From NCBI GenBank assembly GCA_029856365.1, contig JAHQWW010000002.1, positions 69,098 through 133,097 on the forward strand: 64,000 nt of DNA, in the 5' to 3' direction. Under the pieces are notes generated by a model. That model was not told the origin of the DNA, made no database searches, and saw only the letters and a list, made by a program, of their open reading frames with translations. The position numbers and the translations under genes are program-made. The number at the start of each line of letters is the position of its first letter. Positions within the stretch are counted from its first letter, which is position 1. Origin of the DNA: Candidatus Hodarchaeota archaeon. GTDB taxonomy: Archaea > Asgardarchaeota > Heimdallarchaeia > Hodarchaeales > Hodarchaeaceae. Shown one piece after another: positions 20,226-31,403 of the stretch.

Positions 20226-20930
20226 GTGGAACTGATTGTTAGATGGGATAACCAGATCAGGAAGGAGTTTCGACATTTAAGAATTTCAATGATCCATCTG
20301 AGTGAGGTCACAATTTCAAAAACCCCCAAAAACATCAATCAGATTGAACAACAATATTTCACTCAAATAAAAGAGAAATTTAACCTAGTGAACATAAAGG
20401 ATGATTTGCGAATTAGGGCTTATCGTGATTTCTATTGGGCAATAAATATAGATCCCACAAAAACAAGGCCTGCTTCAGAAGCGCTAGTGCGCCGTATATT
20501 AGCTAAAAAACCTCTATGGCGCATAAATACGTTTGTCGATTCATATAATATCGCCTCAGCTGTAACTAGGATTACTCTAGGAGCTTATGACTTGAATACG
20601 ATGCTAGAAGAATCCAAAAAAGTGTATTTAAACATAAGGATGTCTGAAACTAATGAAGAATTTCATGGAATAGGTATGAAGGAATTAAAACTTTTAAAAG
20701 GAACGGAACTAGTTGTAGAATCAAATAATAAGATAATTTCTATTTATCCATATCGTGATGCCCATTTTTCACGAATTCAGAATCATACAAAGAATATACT
20801 CCTCTTAGCTTATGGCGTTCCTGAAATATCATCTGATAACCTAAAGGAATCGCTGGAGTTAACAGTCAAAATATATCGAAATTTTGACAATAATTTTCGA
20901 ACATCAGACATTCACACATTCTATCCATGA
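20226..20930 (+). CDS. B3/B4 domain protein (PheT editing-domain related)
   Basis: RAYRDFYW..IDPTKTRPASEALVRR, INTFVDSYN, GAYDL. Confidence 0.9.
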   Translation: MELIVRWDNQIRKEFRHLRISMIHLSEVTISKTPKNINQIEQQYFTQIKEKFNLVNIKDDLRIRAYRDFYWAINIDPTKTRPASEALVRRILAKKPLWRINTFVDSYNIASAVTRITLGAYDLNTMLEESKKVYLNIRMSETNEEFHGIGMKELKLLKGTELVVESNNKIISIYPYRDAHFSRIQNHTKNILLLAYGVPEISSDNLKESLELTVKIYRNFDNNFRTSDIHTFYP

Positions 20931-21231
20931 ATTTAGAAGATAGTGCTCCACCATAAAAGAATTTTTATCAAACTTTGTCATTCTACGAGTAGCAAACCTT
21001 GATGAAATAGCAGCACATTCCAGTATTAATGTCTTCCAACATGCTAAAGAATCCTTTTCTTTGGACTAAATCTGAAGGAATTATCCTCCTTTGCATATGA
21101 TTGTGGACATCGATCACGATTTCCTCTCCTATTCATAATTAAATGATTGTATCACCAGTACTTTCGACCTATAACTTTTTGTTTTTCCTTAATCAGTGTA
21201 AAAATAAAAGCAATAAGAGCTGTTATGTAAA

Positions 21232-21726
21232 GTGGCCAAAAAGAAGGTTAAAATAGATAATTTTTATAACGCATACTGCCCCGTTGAAAACAACGCTCTC
21301 GCAGACTGGTTACTCAATCAATTGACTCCTAAGTTTCAGGGGGTTACTTGTGAATGGATTATACTTGAAATATTTCGTGCTTTAAAAAAACAAGTCAATC
21401 TTGAAAAGATTGAAGAAAAAGCTGCAAAAATAGCTCTGGATTTCTTCCTTTCTGAACTTGGAGAAATGACTGAAGAAAAAGTACTAAAAATAATCCCTGT
21501 AACACGATCTGCTATCATGGCATCTCGGAAACAAATTTTTGAACACAATCTTTATGCAGCTGACGCGTTACATGCAGCTATCGCTCTAGCTTCCCAGGTT
21601 AAATCGTTTATTACTTTTAATAGTGATTTTCGTGGTAACTTAGAAAATATACCTATTTTGAATCCAATTGATCCTGACTTTAAAGATAAACTCATGAATC
21701 TCCTGGAAACTTTTTCCCAATCTTGA
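21232..21726 (+). CDS. PIN-domain (VapC-like) protein, no adjacent antitoxin seen
   Basis: IILEIFRAL, LYAADALHAAIA, FITFNSDF. Confidence 0.75.
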   Translation: MAKKKVKIDNFYNAYCPVENNALADWLLNQLTPKFQGVTCEWIILEIFRALKKQVNLEKIEEKAAKIALDFFLSELGEMTEEKVLKIIPVTRSAIMASRKQIFEHNLYAADALHAAIALASQVKSFITFNSDFRGNLENIPILNPIDPDFKDKLMNLLETFSQS

Positions 21727-22287
21727 ACTTAAATTTAAACACAAAAATAATCACTTATAACAAATTATATAAACATTATGGTCGTTTCGGGGATTTCCTT
21801 CCCTCTTACAAAGTAGATACGCTTTGTTTATCCATGATTGAGGAGATAATGAAAAGTTATAATGCTTTGAAAGATGGGTGATTTGAATTTTCCTTTTCCT
21901 TGTTCCAATATTTATATCTTGATTAAATACTGGTTTTAATGGAATAACTCCTAATTTTAAAAGGATTTTTGATGCTATTTCTCTAACGCTCATGATCAAG
22001 GAGGATAAAAATCGTAATCTGAACTATGAGGAAAATATCTTGATTTTCAGGAGTAAATAAGCCTCTAAGGAATCCCATCAAATATTGAATGTGGCTAAGA
22101 GTAAGTTATAAGTATTAATACTCTGGTGTAAAGGAGATCATTCTCCTGATACTCCACCACCCGTACCCTCTTATAAAAAGACCTCAAGAAGAAAACCAAC
22201 CTCTCATTAGAAAGGTTTTTATTGGTAAAGTCTATTATTTGAATGTCTCGGTATATTGGAAAGAAAGGCATTTAATCGTGAGGAAAG

Positions 22288-24822
22288 GTGTTAAGGAATA
22301 GAAACAGCTTTTCACAAATTTGTTTTTCTTTTACTGTTTTATTGTGGTATCTGGGTATCAGTGTTTCTCCAGTCCAATTTAGTTTATCAGACTCGTTTGT
22401 TTTAACAAACATAACAATACCCCAGAGTTACACTGGGCATGACCCCATTAATATTACCAATGATGCTCAACTAGCTGTTATAGCGAATAATGGTACGGGA
22501 ACGACTAATGATCCATATATTATAGCTAATTGGATTATAGATGCTTTTTCAAATTATGGAATTTACATCACGGGGACAACGAAACATTTTAGAATAGAAA
22601 ATTGTTGGATTCGCTATTCTATTCTTTCTGGTATATATGTAAATGATGTTACCCCAAGAACAGCTACTATTAGCAACAATACCTGTATTAGCAATGATTA
22701 TCATGGCATCTACTTTAGGTATTCTGCTAATTCGACAATAGTTAACAATATCTGTACCAATAATGATAGGATTGGTATCTTCATATATCATTCTAGGTCT
22801 TCAATTTTAGCCAACAACACCTGTGTCAGCAATAATGGGCTTGGTATCTCTCTTTACGAAAGTATTTCTTCGACAGTAGCTAACAACATCTGTATTGATA
22901 ATGGTGAGGATGGTATTGGCCTTGGGGAGTCTGATTCTTCAATTATAGCCAACAACACTTGTACCAGCAATACTGGGCCTGGTATCTCCCTTTATGAAAG
23001 TATTGCTTCGATAGTAGCTAACAACACCTGTACCAGCAATACAAAGCCTGGTATCTCCCTTGAGTATTCTGCTTCTTCGATGATAGCTAATAACATCTGT
23101 ACCGGCAATGAAGAGGATGGTATCTATATCTATCATTCTAGTTCTTCAACTATAGCCAACAGCACCTGCACCACCAATAATGGACCTGGCATCTCCCTTC
23201 ACGGCAGTAGTTCTTCGAGGGTAGCCAATAACACCTGTACTAACACTGGAGGGGATGGCATCTATATCTATCATTCTAGTTTTTCGATTATAGCCAACAA
23301 CACTTGTACCAGCAATGGAGGAATTGGCATCTTCCTTCACGGCAGTAGTTCTTCGAGGGTAGCCAATAACACCTGTACCAGCAATGTAGGGGATGGCATC
23401 TATGTGTATCATTCTACTTCTTTGACTATAGTCAACAGCACCTGTACCAACAATGGAAGAGTTGGAGTCTCCTTTCACGGAAGCAGTTCTTCGACGGTAG
23501 TCAATAACACATGTGCCAACAATGGAGGAGCTGCTATCTCTCTTAGAATTTCTGGTTCTTCAAAAGTAGTCAATAACACCTGTACCAGCAATGAAGAGGA
23601 TGGTATCTATATCTATTATTCTAGTTCTTCGAGTATAACCAACAACACTTGTACCAGCAATACTGGGCCTGGCATCTCTATTTACGGAAGTAATTATTCA
23701 ATAATAGATAACAACATCTGTACCAGCAATGGTGAAGATGGCATTGACCTTAGGAAATCTGATTTTTCAACTATAGCTAAGAACACCTGTACCAACAATA
23801 ATGGGTCGGGCATGTACCTTTACGAAAGCAGTTCTTTGACCTTAGTCAATAACACTTTTTTTGATGATGGGGTTGTTTTTTGGCAGTTCTCCAAAGTGGA
23901 AATATTTTCGTGTACAGTTGAGAATAACATAGTTAATGAACTCCCTCTAGTTTTTTTGGAGAATATAACTGATAGGACGATTACTGAGACATGTGGACAG
24001 CTTATTCTAGTAAATTGTAACAATACGATCGTGAAAAACCAAAACTATACTCATACTTCTATAGGAATAGCTCTATATTATTGTGATAAGAACCAATTGG
24101 TCAATAACATTTGTAACAAGAATAATGAGTATGGTATTTACCTTAGTTATACTACTTCTTCTATTGTAGCTAACAACACCTGTACCAGCAATGGAGAAAA
24201 TGGCATCGACCTTGAGTATTCTAGTTCTTCAACTATAATTAATAACATCTGTACTAACAATGGCAAGAATGGCATTACCCTTTATGAAAGTAGTTCTTCA
24301 ACAGTAGCAAACAACATCTGCACCATCAATTCCAAGGATGGTATCGCCCTTAGGGGTTCTGAATCTTTGATAGTAGCCAATAATACCTGTACCAGTAATA
24401 ATGAGAATGGTATTTCCCTTGATTATTCTGATTACAACTTTATTGTTTGGAATACGTTTTTTGGGAATGGAGATTACGGGATAGAATTAATTAATGATTC
24501 AGACAATAATTTCATCCATCATAATTCTTTTATCGCGAATAGACAGAATAGAAAATCACAAGCTTATGATGATGGCACAAACAATCAATGGTATGATGAA
24601 ACAGTTTTGGAAGGAAATAGCTGGTCAGATTACAATGGTACAGGTGGATATTTAATAGCTGGTCCAGCTCATGCTAGTGATCCCTATCCCTCTATGGCTG
24701 GTGCAACAGATCCTAGTAGCTTTTCTTTACCACAGGTTTTCTATCGAATTGGATTATTTATATTCGTCCTTGGATTATTATTCTTATTATTATTCGTAAA
24801 CAGACTTAATAAGTCAGTATAA
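22288..24822 (+). CDS. NosD/right-handed parallel beta-helix surface protein
   Basis: Signal peptide, G.GT..DPYII, 23-aa NNTC repeats, GNSWSDY, C-terminal TM. Confidence 0.9.
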   Translation: MLRNRNSFSQICFSFTVLLWYLGISVSPVQFSLSDSFVLTNITIPQSYTGHDPINITNDAQLAVIANNGTGTTNDPYIIANWIIDAFSNYGIYITGTTKHFRIENCWIRYSILSGIYVNDVTPRTATISNNTCISNDYHGIYFRYSANSTIVNNICTNNDRIGIFIYHSRSSILANNTCVSNNGLGISLYESISSTVANNICIDNGEDGIGLGESDSSIIANNTCTSNTGPGISLYESIASIVANNTCTSNTKPGISLEYSASSMIANNICTGNEEDGIYIYHSSSSTIANSTCTTNNGPGISLHGSSSSRVANNTCTNTGGDGIYIYHSSFSIIANNTCTSNGGIGIFLHGSSSSRVANNTCTSNVGDGIYVYHSTSLTIVNSTCTNNGRVGVSFHGSSSSTVVNNTCANNGGAAISLRISGSSKVVNNTCTSNEEDGIYIYYSSSSSITNNTCTSNTGPGISIYGSNYSIIDNNICTSNGEDGIDLRKSDFSTIAKNTCTNNNGSGMYLYESSSLTLVNNTFFDDGVVFWQFSKVEIFSCTVENNIVNELPLVFLENITDRTITETCGQLILVNCNNTIVKNQNYTHTSIGIALYYCDKNQLVNNICNKNNEYGIYLSYTTSSIVANNTCTSNGENGIDLEYSSSSTIINNICTNNGKNGITLYESSSSTVANNICTINSKDGIALRGSESLIVANNTCTSNNENGISLDYSDYNFIVWNTFFGNGDYGIELINDSDNNFIHHNSFIANRQNRKSQAYDDGTNNQWYDETVLEGNSWSDYNGTGGYLIAGPAHASDPYPSMAGATDPSSFSLPQVFYRIGLFIFVLGLLFLLLFVNRLNKSV
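22670..24400 (+). repeat. Coding 69-bp (23-aa) tandem repeats with a 138-bp higher-order period
   Basis: For example cacggcagtagttcttcgagggtagccaataacacctgtac at 23200 and 23338. Confidence 0.85.
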
Positions 24823-24936
24823 ATATGTGTTGTTTCTATCTTGTCGAAGTGACCCCAACCTCCAATTAATACTTATATGACATCCAAGAATTTTCAATAA
24901 CAACGAATTTTACCGTTACTCCATTTATCACCGAAG

Positions 24937-25395
24937 TTAGCTAGCCACTGCCAAATATCTGTCTAAAATCCACCACACGATAAAAAATACACCAAAAATT
25001 ATCCAATCAATAATCCAGAATAGTGGAATCGGAAAATTAATTTGAAAAAGATCCCATAAAGGAGTCCAGACTGGATCACCAAATTTCCAGGTGCCTTGAA
25101 AAAGCGCTTTAGTCAACCAATGTCCAATATCTTGAAAAAATTGGATCAAAAAAGAGCCACCAATCGTCAACAACCAGTCAGTTTTCTCTCGTGTGAGGAA
25201 TGGAACAATTGATAACATCAAAAAGATAAAAAACGCGTAAATCATCCAATAAAACGGAAAGTTATGTAGTTCATAGTCCAAATAATAGACAAATGCCTGT
25301 GCTTCAATTCCTCCAAGTAATAAAGCAATTAAAACAGCCCAAAGGATAATTATGGCTTTATCATATCTATCTAAGTCGATACGACGATTTTCCAT
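24937..25395 (-). CDS. Hypothetical membrane protein
   Basis: About 4 hydrophobic helices, FFQDIGHW. Confidence 0.7.
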   Translation of the reverse strand: MENRRIDLDRYDKAIIILWAVLIALLLGGIEAQAFVYYLDYELHNFPFYWMIYAFFIFLMLSIVPFLTREKTDWLLTIGGSFLIQFFQDIGHWLTKALFQGTWKFGDPVWTPLWDLFQINFPIPLFWIIDWIIFGVFFIVWWILDRYLAVAS

Positions 25396-25767
25396 TTAAG
25401 TTCAACCAGAATTTATCAAACAGTTATCTGTTTAATCAAATGTTTATAACTTTGATTGAGTATCAGAATGTATCTAACGTATCAATTTAAGTAGAAGTGG
25501 CAATTATAGAAACTAGGACATAATCAATGTAAAACAACATCATACATATTAATAGAAAAATTCTGTGAAAAACTCTCTCCTCACGAGACCCACACTTTAA
25601 ACAGTCTTCTTACAAAATAAAACTGGGATAAAATACATAAAAACTGAAAAAAACCAAGTAGTAGAGGAAAAAGTAAGTTGATATTCGGGGAACTTCTTTA
25701 GTTCGCTTTTTCAACTTGATGGTCATAATCTGGAAATAATTAATTTGACTTCGGAAACTGAGTTAAA

Positions 25768-26100
25768 ATGTTAGTTCATGAAAAGGAAGAGAAAACACTT
25801 TTCCAAATATCCGAAGATGATTCTGGTGAACTTGAACCCTATAAAAGCTCCTCTCGCTTATTAAAGAAGGACTCTGTTTATGTTTTACTGGATAACACAC
25901 TGAAAAAGATTTTTCTATGGATTGGACAATCAGCTAATGTTCGTTCAAGGTTTATCGCATCTACAGCAGCCCAGAAATTGCGGAATATGACAGGTTTAAC
26001 CTATCGAGTAATCACTATTGATCAAGGAGGAGAATCAAAGGAATTTATGAAAGCCTTATCACCAATGACTATTCCTGGGATTCTTGAGAGAATTGTTTGA
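25768..26100 (+). CDS. Single-domain gelsolin-like protein (eukaryotic signature protein)
   Basis: VYVLLD....IFLWIGQSA....R, IDQGGESKEF. Confidence 0.85.
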   Translation: MLVHEKEEKTLFQISEDDSGELEPYKSSSRLLKKDSVYVLLDNTLKKIFLWIGQSANVRSRFIASTAAQKLRNMTGLTYRVITIDQGGESKEFMKALSPMTIPGILERIV

Positions 26101-26353
26101 TAACTTTACAATTTCTTCTTTAACCAACGTTTAATATGTGAAAAGTTTTACATTCGCTTTATAGCGCTCTTGAGCTAATATAGTCCAAATGTTATTTATC
26201 CTTAGGTTCAAGATAGAGATCATTCCCTTTCAAATGTATATCTTGTACCTTCATCTCTGCGTATTTGTTTGCCCTTAATCCGTAATTCTCTCCAACCCAA
26301 AAGATAGTTCTCAATATAGGGTTGTTTACTTGTTACTTTATTGAAACCAAACT

Positions 26354-26716
26354 TCATCGTCTCTCTGTTACAGCTTTTAGTCGTTCATACGTATCAGAAC
26401 TCTTTGAAAATGGACATATCTTCACACACGGAGCACCCAAAGTACTGTGCAAAGCATTCGAAGCAATCCTGTTGAGAGAGATTGAAAGAAGGCGTCTAAT
26501 AGGCAATTTATGCCTTATTTCGATACCATCTCGCTCTTGAAAGAGATTCAACATCTCGAGAGATATCTCAAACCTTTTAGGAGAATCTGATCTAGGATGA
26601 AGAATCCCAGACATCTCAAGCAGCGATCTCTGCTTCGCTATCATTCGTTTGACTCTAGGTATACCGAATCTCATGACGAAAGTTTTCATGAACCTGTGCT
26701 TTATTCCCATTTCCAT
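26354..26716 (-). CDS. Hypothetical protein (possibly degraded) lying between two repeat copies
   Basis: ORF with GAGAAG upstream; bracketed by repeats at 26125 and 26844. Confidence 0.4.
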   Translation of the reverse strand: MEMGIKHRFMKTFVMRFGIPRVKRMIAKQRSLLEMSGILHPRSDSPKRFEISLEMLNLFQERDGIEIRHKLPIRRLLSISLNRIASNALHSTLGAPCVKICPFSKSSDTYERLKAVTERR

Positions 26717-27048
26717 CTTCTCTCAAACGAAATTCACCCATCGCTTAAATAGGTGACAGAACAATTCCACAATATATGCATTTTAACGAATTTACTAACC
26801 AATACGGGGTAAGGTTCAAATAAATAACAGCTGTGCAGCTTTCCAACGTTTAACTTATGAAAAACTTCACGTTGCTTTATCTAAAAAGAATATAGTTTCT
26901 TTATTCTCGCTTTTATTCGGGGTTTTGCTTATGAAATGGAGAGAAAATTAGCCAATTAGTTTAGTAAAATATAAAATTCAAAGAAAAGTGTTAAATAATT
27001 CATATAAAAGAACTGGGATCATTTTAAGAATATTATGGAGATATTTTT

Positions 27049-27558
27049 ATGAATATATTAGAGATAACAGGAATAGAACAATTATTTTTAGGCTTGTACC
27101 TAATAGCACACGGTTTAATACATTTAATTTTCCTGATATATAGTTATGACAAAAAAAGTAATGTTTATACCGGATGGTCAGGACGATCTTGGCTCTTAGA
27201 CAAAGTAATACCCCTAAAATTAACTACTTATATTGGAAAAATTACTTGGGTTCTTATTATGATTTTATTCGTCTTGAGTGGATTATCTGTTCTCGATTTA
27301 TTGGCCATAAATGACTATTTAACACCATTGATAATCATTTCTTCGGCTATTGCTACTTTAGCCTTTATTATATTCTACGATGGGCTATCTCCAACACCTT
27401 ATCATTGGATACTTGGAGTAGTAATTGATTTGGTCTTAATTGCCTTTGTAATCGTCTTTCCGAATGATATCTCGTTATTATTGCCTATCTTGATACTCAT
27501 ATGGTTGTATGGAATGTTCTTCCATACAAAAATTATACCAAAAACAACAGCTCCTTAG
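27049..27558 (+). CDS. Hypothetical membrane protein
   Basis: AHGLIH, SWLL, 5 TM, GGAG SD. Confidence 0.75.
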   Translation: MNILEITGIEQLFLGLYLIAHGLIHLIFLIYSYDKKSNVYTGWSGRSWLLDKVIPLKLTTYIGKITWVLIMILFVLSGLSVLDLLAINDYLTPLIIISSAIATLAFIIFYDGLSPTPYHWILGVVIDLVLIAFVIVFPNDISLLLPILILIWLYGMFFHTKIIPKTTAP

Positions 27559-27871
27559 TCTTCAAAATTTTCAAGCACTTGAAAACACTTGCCTATATTA
27601 AGTTTTTAATTTAACTAAGGTCATATTCCATTTTCTGTACGTTTTTACGTAAGTATAGTGATATATCTAACGTACTATCCCTAAATGTATACACCGAGTT
27701 TAAAAAGCTCGATCGGAATATATAAACCCGAAATTTCGTGGTGTAGACAAGTGTTGAAAACTCTTGCTCATTAAGACAGTGAAATTTTAATTGTAAAATG
27801 AATTAGAAAAAAGGAAAAGGGAAGAAGAAAAAAGTCGGAAATTTGTGTTTATTAGATGAAGACGAAGCAAT

Positions 27872-29605
27872 TTAGGCGATATCTCTTGTCGGGATCCACT
27901 TTGTGGTCACAGCAATGAAGAATGCGGTAATAACTGCTCCGAAAACGATTAATTCTGGAATTACTTTCTCAAAGGAAATGTCTTGCAGAAAAATTCCTGC
28001 CACATCAAAATAATAAAAGGGGGTAAGGTAGAGTAACCATGACAAATCTTGATTCAGGATAGAAATCATTGGTATGAAAACTGCTATGAGAAAAACGCTA
28101 AGAAGTGCTACCAAAAGGTATTTGGGACGGGGAATGGAAGCTAACGCCACAAAGAGAACGAGAAAAAGACTGTACCCAATTCCGAGAAAGATAAAGGTTA
28201 AAACAGTAGCCCCAAAGTCTGACAACACAACATCTGCATATGTTCCAAGAACAATTTGGCTAGCGTAAAGCACCACAAAATTAGCAAGCATAATTATCCA
28301 GAGGTACACAAGAGCTGCAATTGTCCTTTCCATAATGATACGGGTACGAGTTCGAGGCATAGACCAAGTGATTTCGTCATATCCAGCATTACGATCACGC
28401 ATAATAATAGTGTAGGTTCCAATGAAGAGAAAAGGACCGTAGTATATCCAATGAAATGCCATGATTTTGTATAGTAAGAATCCTTCCAAAGTCGCAGTCA
28501 AGCTATGTCCAAACAGAAAAGCTGCTATGATAGGAGATTCAAATACTATATCCAAATCAGAAATTACAACCTCCATCGCTGCATCTCCAGGATACACAAT
28601 AACTACAATCGCTAGTAGCATGCTCGTTACAACTAAATATATCAGGAATAATCCAGCTGAGGACTGGAGATGATCTCGAAAAGCGGGATAGTTCCAACCT
28701 GTTCGTGAGAGAATCGACTCAATAGGAGTTCGTACGAATTTACGAATGAAGGAAAATCTAGCCATTATTTTCCGTTTTCCATGATCATTTTCTTCTTCAA
28801 CCGTTTCTTGATAAGCTGACCGTGTTTTAATGTGATCTATTCGATATAAGAAGAAAATTGTCAAGACTATGAGAAGTATCACTAGAAAAAGGCATCTGAG
28901 GATGAATTCTTCATTCCACGTTCCATTTAAGGCGTGTTCAATAGCGCCAATTTGTGTCATTAGGTTGATATCCTTCACGAAATCAATTTCCTGTTGAAGT
29001 AAGTCCAAAGTAAACGAAACTATAAAAAAAAGACCGCCTAAAGCATAACCGGTTCTTGTGGAAGACGAAATCGCACAACCCAAACTCGTTACCGTTGTTA
29101 CAACGAATGCAAAAAAAAGGGGAAGGATAAATGCTATCGTAAAAGAAGACACGCCACCTCCACCTGATAACAGCGATCCTACTCCTACGAGATACGCAGG
29201 TAACACGACAAGCGGAATTAAGACAATAACAAGCAATAAATTCTCCAAAAAATATCTGAGTGGGGACTTTTCAGTACTAAAAATGAGTTCTTTCCCATCT
29301 CGTTCGTCCCATGGCAATATCCGAGCACCAAAAAAGATTCCTATTACAGGGTAGATAATGTTGGCGAATATAGAAAACAGCAATAGAAACCAGAAGAGTA
29401 GACCGGGATTGTCAACATCAGGTATCGATCCAATAAGAGCCTGAATAACAGGTATTTCGAAAAAAGTTCCGAAGAACTCTGGACCAGGGTAGATTATACC
29501 AAATGCGGCCACGATTACCGCCAAGACTATAGCTGCTAACAAAGCAAAAGTCCTATGCCTTTTCAAATCGAGCCAATAGCGCCGAACTGTGAATTGAACT
29601 ATCAT
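27872..29605 (-). CDS. ABC-2 type exporter permease (two fused halves)
   Basis: About 12 TM; DERDGKELIFS and DRNAGYDEITWSMP motifs; LTPFYYF. Confidence 0.85.
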   Translation of the reverse strand: MIVQFTVRRYWLDLKRHRTFALLAAIVLAVIVAAFGIIYPGPEFFGTFFEIPVIQALIGSIPDVDNPGLLFWFLLLFSIFANIIYPVIGIFFGARILPWDERDGKELIFSTEKSPLRYFLENLLLVIVLIPLVVLPAYLVGVGSLLSGGGGVSSFTIAFILPLFFAFVVTTVTSLGCAISSSTRTGYALGGLFFIVSFTLDLLQQEIDFVKDINLMTQIGAIEHALNGTWNEEFILRCLFLVILLIVLTIFFLYRIDHIKTRSAYQETVEEENDHGKRKIMARFSFIRKFVRTPIESILSRTGWNYPAFRDHLQSSAGLFLIYLVVTSMLLAIVVIVYPGDAAMEVVISDLDIVFESPIIAAFLFGHSLTATLEGFLLYKIMAFHWIYYGPFLFIGTYTIIMRDRNAGYDEITWSMPRTRTRIIMERTIAALVYLWIIMLANFVVLYASQIVLGTYADVVLSDFGATVLTFIFLGIGYSLFLVLFVALASIPRPKYLLVALLSVFLIAVFIPMISILNQDLSWLLYLTPFYYFDVAGIFLQDISFEKVIPELIVFGAVITAFFIAVTTKWIPTRDIA

Positions 29606-30534
29606 TCCATGTTCACCTTTGTTTTTCCTTCGTAGAATTGCAGGAAGAACTCTTCAAGGCTCGCAGGAGGATAGATAAGTTCTTCAGGATCCATAGCTAA
29701 AAGAATACCAATATTGTCTTTAATCGAATCCTCCATCCGAATTAACAATCTAACGAAATTATCTTCTTTTCGAAACTCTAAAAGACGATCACCAAATTCA
29801 ATCAGGCGTGCTTCATCTGGACTTCGAAGACGTGCCTCCAAGATACGGGGAACATCCTTATTAAGATCCTCAATCTCCTCGATACTAATTAGAAAGCCAT
29901 CGTTAACTATACCAACACGATCACATACCCGTTGAACTTCTTCAAGATTATGAGAACTCATAAAGAGTGTTTTTCCTTCCTTCTTCGATTCTAAAAGGAG
30001 TTTAAACACTACCTGTTGGAGCAAAGGATCTAATCCCGCTGTTGGTTCATCCATGATTAATACTTCAGGATCATTCATAAAAGCTGCAACAATACCGACT
30101 TTCTGTTTATTTCCTTTTGACAAGGCACCGATTTTCTTCTTGAGGTTCGAATTGAGATCGAATCGGTCTATGATTTCTTGTCGTCGTGTCGATGGTTTGG
30201 TGCGCATGGCTTCTATATAGCTTAAGAATTCATTAACTGTATAATATTCGGGTAAGGCCAATTCGCCGGGGATATACCCTATCTTCTCTCGTAACCTTGA
30301 ATTTCCCCGTGAAACTAACTCACCTGAAATTTTTATTTCTCCTTTAGTAGGCAAGAGTGTATTCATCATGCAGCGTATAGTTGTCGTTTTCCCTGCTCCA
30401 TTAGGACCAAGAAAACCAAATATTTCACCAGTTTGAACCTCGAGATCTAAATCCTCTATCCCGCGAGTGGAACCGTAGTATTTCGTTAAACCTTTAATTT
30501 CTATCTTAATCTCTTGAGGCAATTCTTTCACCAA
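29602..30534 (-). CDS. ABC transporter ATP-binding protein
   Basis: GPNGAGKTT, LSKGNKQK, IMDEPT, SSH. Confidence 0.97.
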   Translation of the reverse strand: MVKELPQEIKIEIKGLTKYYGSTRGIEDLDLEVQTGEIFGFLGPNGAGKTTTIRCMMNTLLPTKGEIKISGELVSRGNSRLREKIGYIPGELALPEYYTVNEFLSYIEAMRTKPSTRRQEIIDRFDLNSNLKKKIGALSKGNKQKVGIVAAFMNDPEVLIMDEPTAGLDPLLQQVVFKLLLESKKEGKTLFMSSHNLEEVQRVCDRVGIVNDGFLISIEEIEDLNKDVPRILEARLRSPDEARLIEFGDRLLEFRKEDNFVRLLIRMEDSIKDNIGILLAMDPEELIYPPASLEEFFLQFYEGKTKVNME

Positions 30535-31118
30535 ATTCTAAGGGGAAAAAATCATATTCTATATTGTTTATTACTGAAAAAAATTTATTGAAGCACTTTT
30601 GGGCCCTATATTACCAAGTATTATTTCTAATATTGAATTTACGACTAAAAAATTAAATTGATATATGAACATCCTTTGATCAGTATTTAAATATTCCCAT
30701 GTAAAACACCGTAAAAATAAATAAGCAGAGAATTTTACAGATAAGAACGAGCTATCTCCCAATAAACTGACTTTCAAAAGATTTTGAGTGATTGCTAAAA
30801 GATCATTCCGCTCTTTCCCTAGTCTTTGAAAAGTAGCAATATCATTTAATGATTATTATGTTATTCTCACTCCTCTTCATCATCCTCTTTTCATTAGATG
30901 ATTTTACTGAAGGATCATTTCTTGGAATAATAACTATTATTTTGATCTTTACCGCTTTTGGCCTCCCGAGAATAAAACTAGTCGGTCATTCAACTGAAAA
31001 ACTTATCCAATGAAATATTACTTTTTATATAACGTTTTATATAAAAAACTAGTTATACCCAACGATATGTGCTTATTCCATCTGTTTTCAATAAAAAAGG
31101 TGATTAGGAAGATTATCG

Positions 31119-31388
31119 TCATAAATCTCTATAAATTTTTGCTCTTTTATCAATTTTTAATATAAAAATTTCATTTGTCTTTGGTATTAATTCAATTATT
31201 ATTCGAATAGCCCCTAATCTGATCCTGTAAGTCTTCTCCAAACCTTTGATCTTCGCAATATCATAATTATGTAAAGGGAGAGGATCTTCCATTAAGAGTT
31301 CAAATAGTTCATCAAGGCGTTTTCGTAAGTTATCATCACATGTCGATAGGAATTTTTTTGCCTGTTTACTTAAGAAAATGGAATACAT
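31119..31388 (-). CDS. relE: RelE/ParE family toxin
   Basis: SKQAKKFL...KIKG...YRIRLGAIRII. Confidence 0.88.
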   Translation of the reverse strand: MYSIFLSKQAKKFLSTCDDNLRKRLDELFELLMEDPLPLHNYDIAKIKGLEKTYRIRLGAIRIIIELIPKTNEIFILKIDKRAKIYRDL

Positions 31389-31403
31389 ACTGTTATTGAA
31401 CCC

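Noticed and set aside
20990-21120. Amidohydrolase fragment (IDVHNH) on the minus strand
   Set aside because: Only a six-residue motif in a short frame, which is not enough support.
22670-24400. CRISPR array
   Set aside because: The repeats are in-frame coding repeats without unique spacers, and there are no cas genes.
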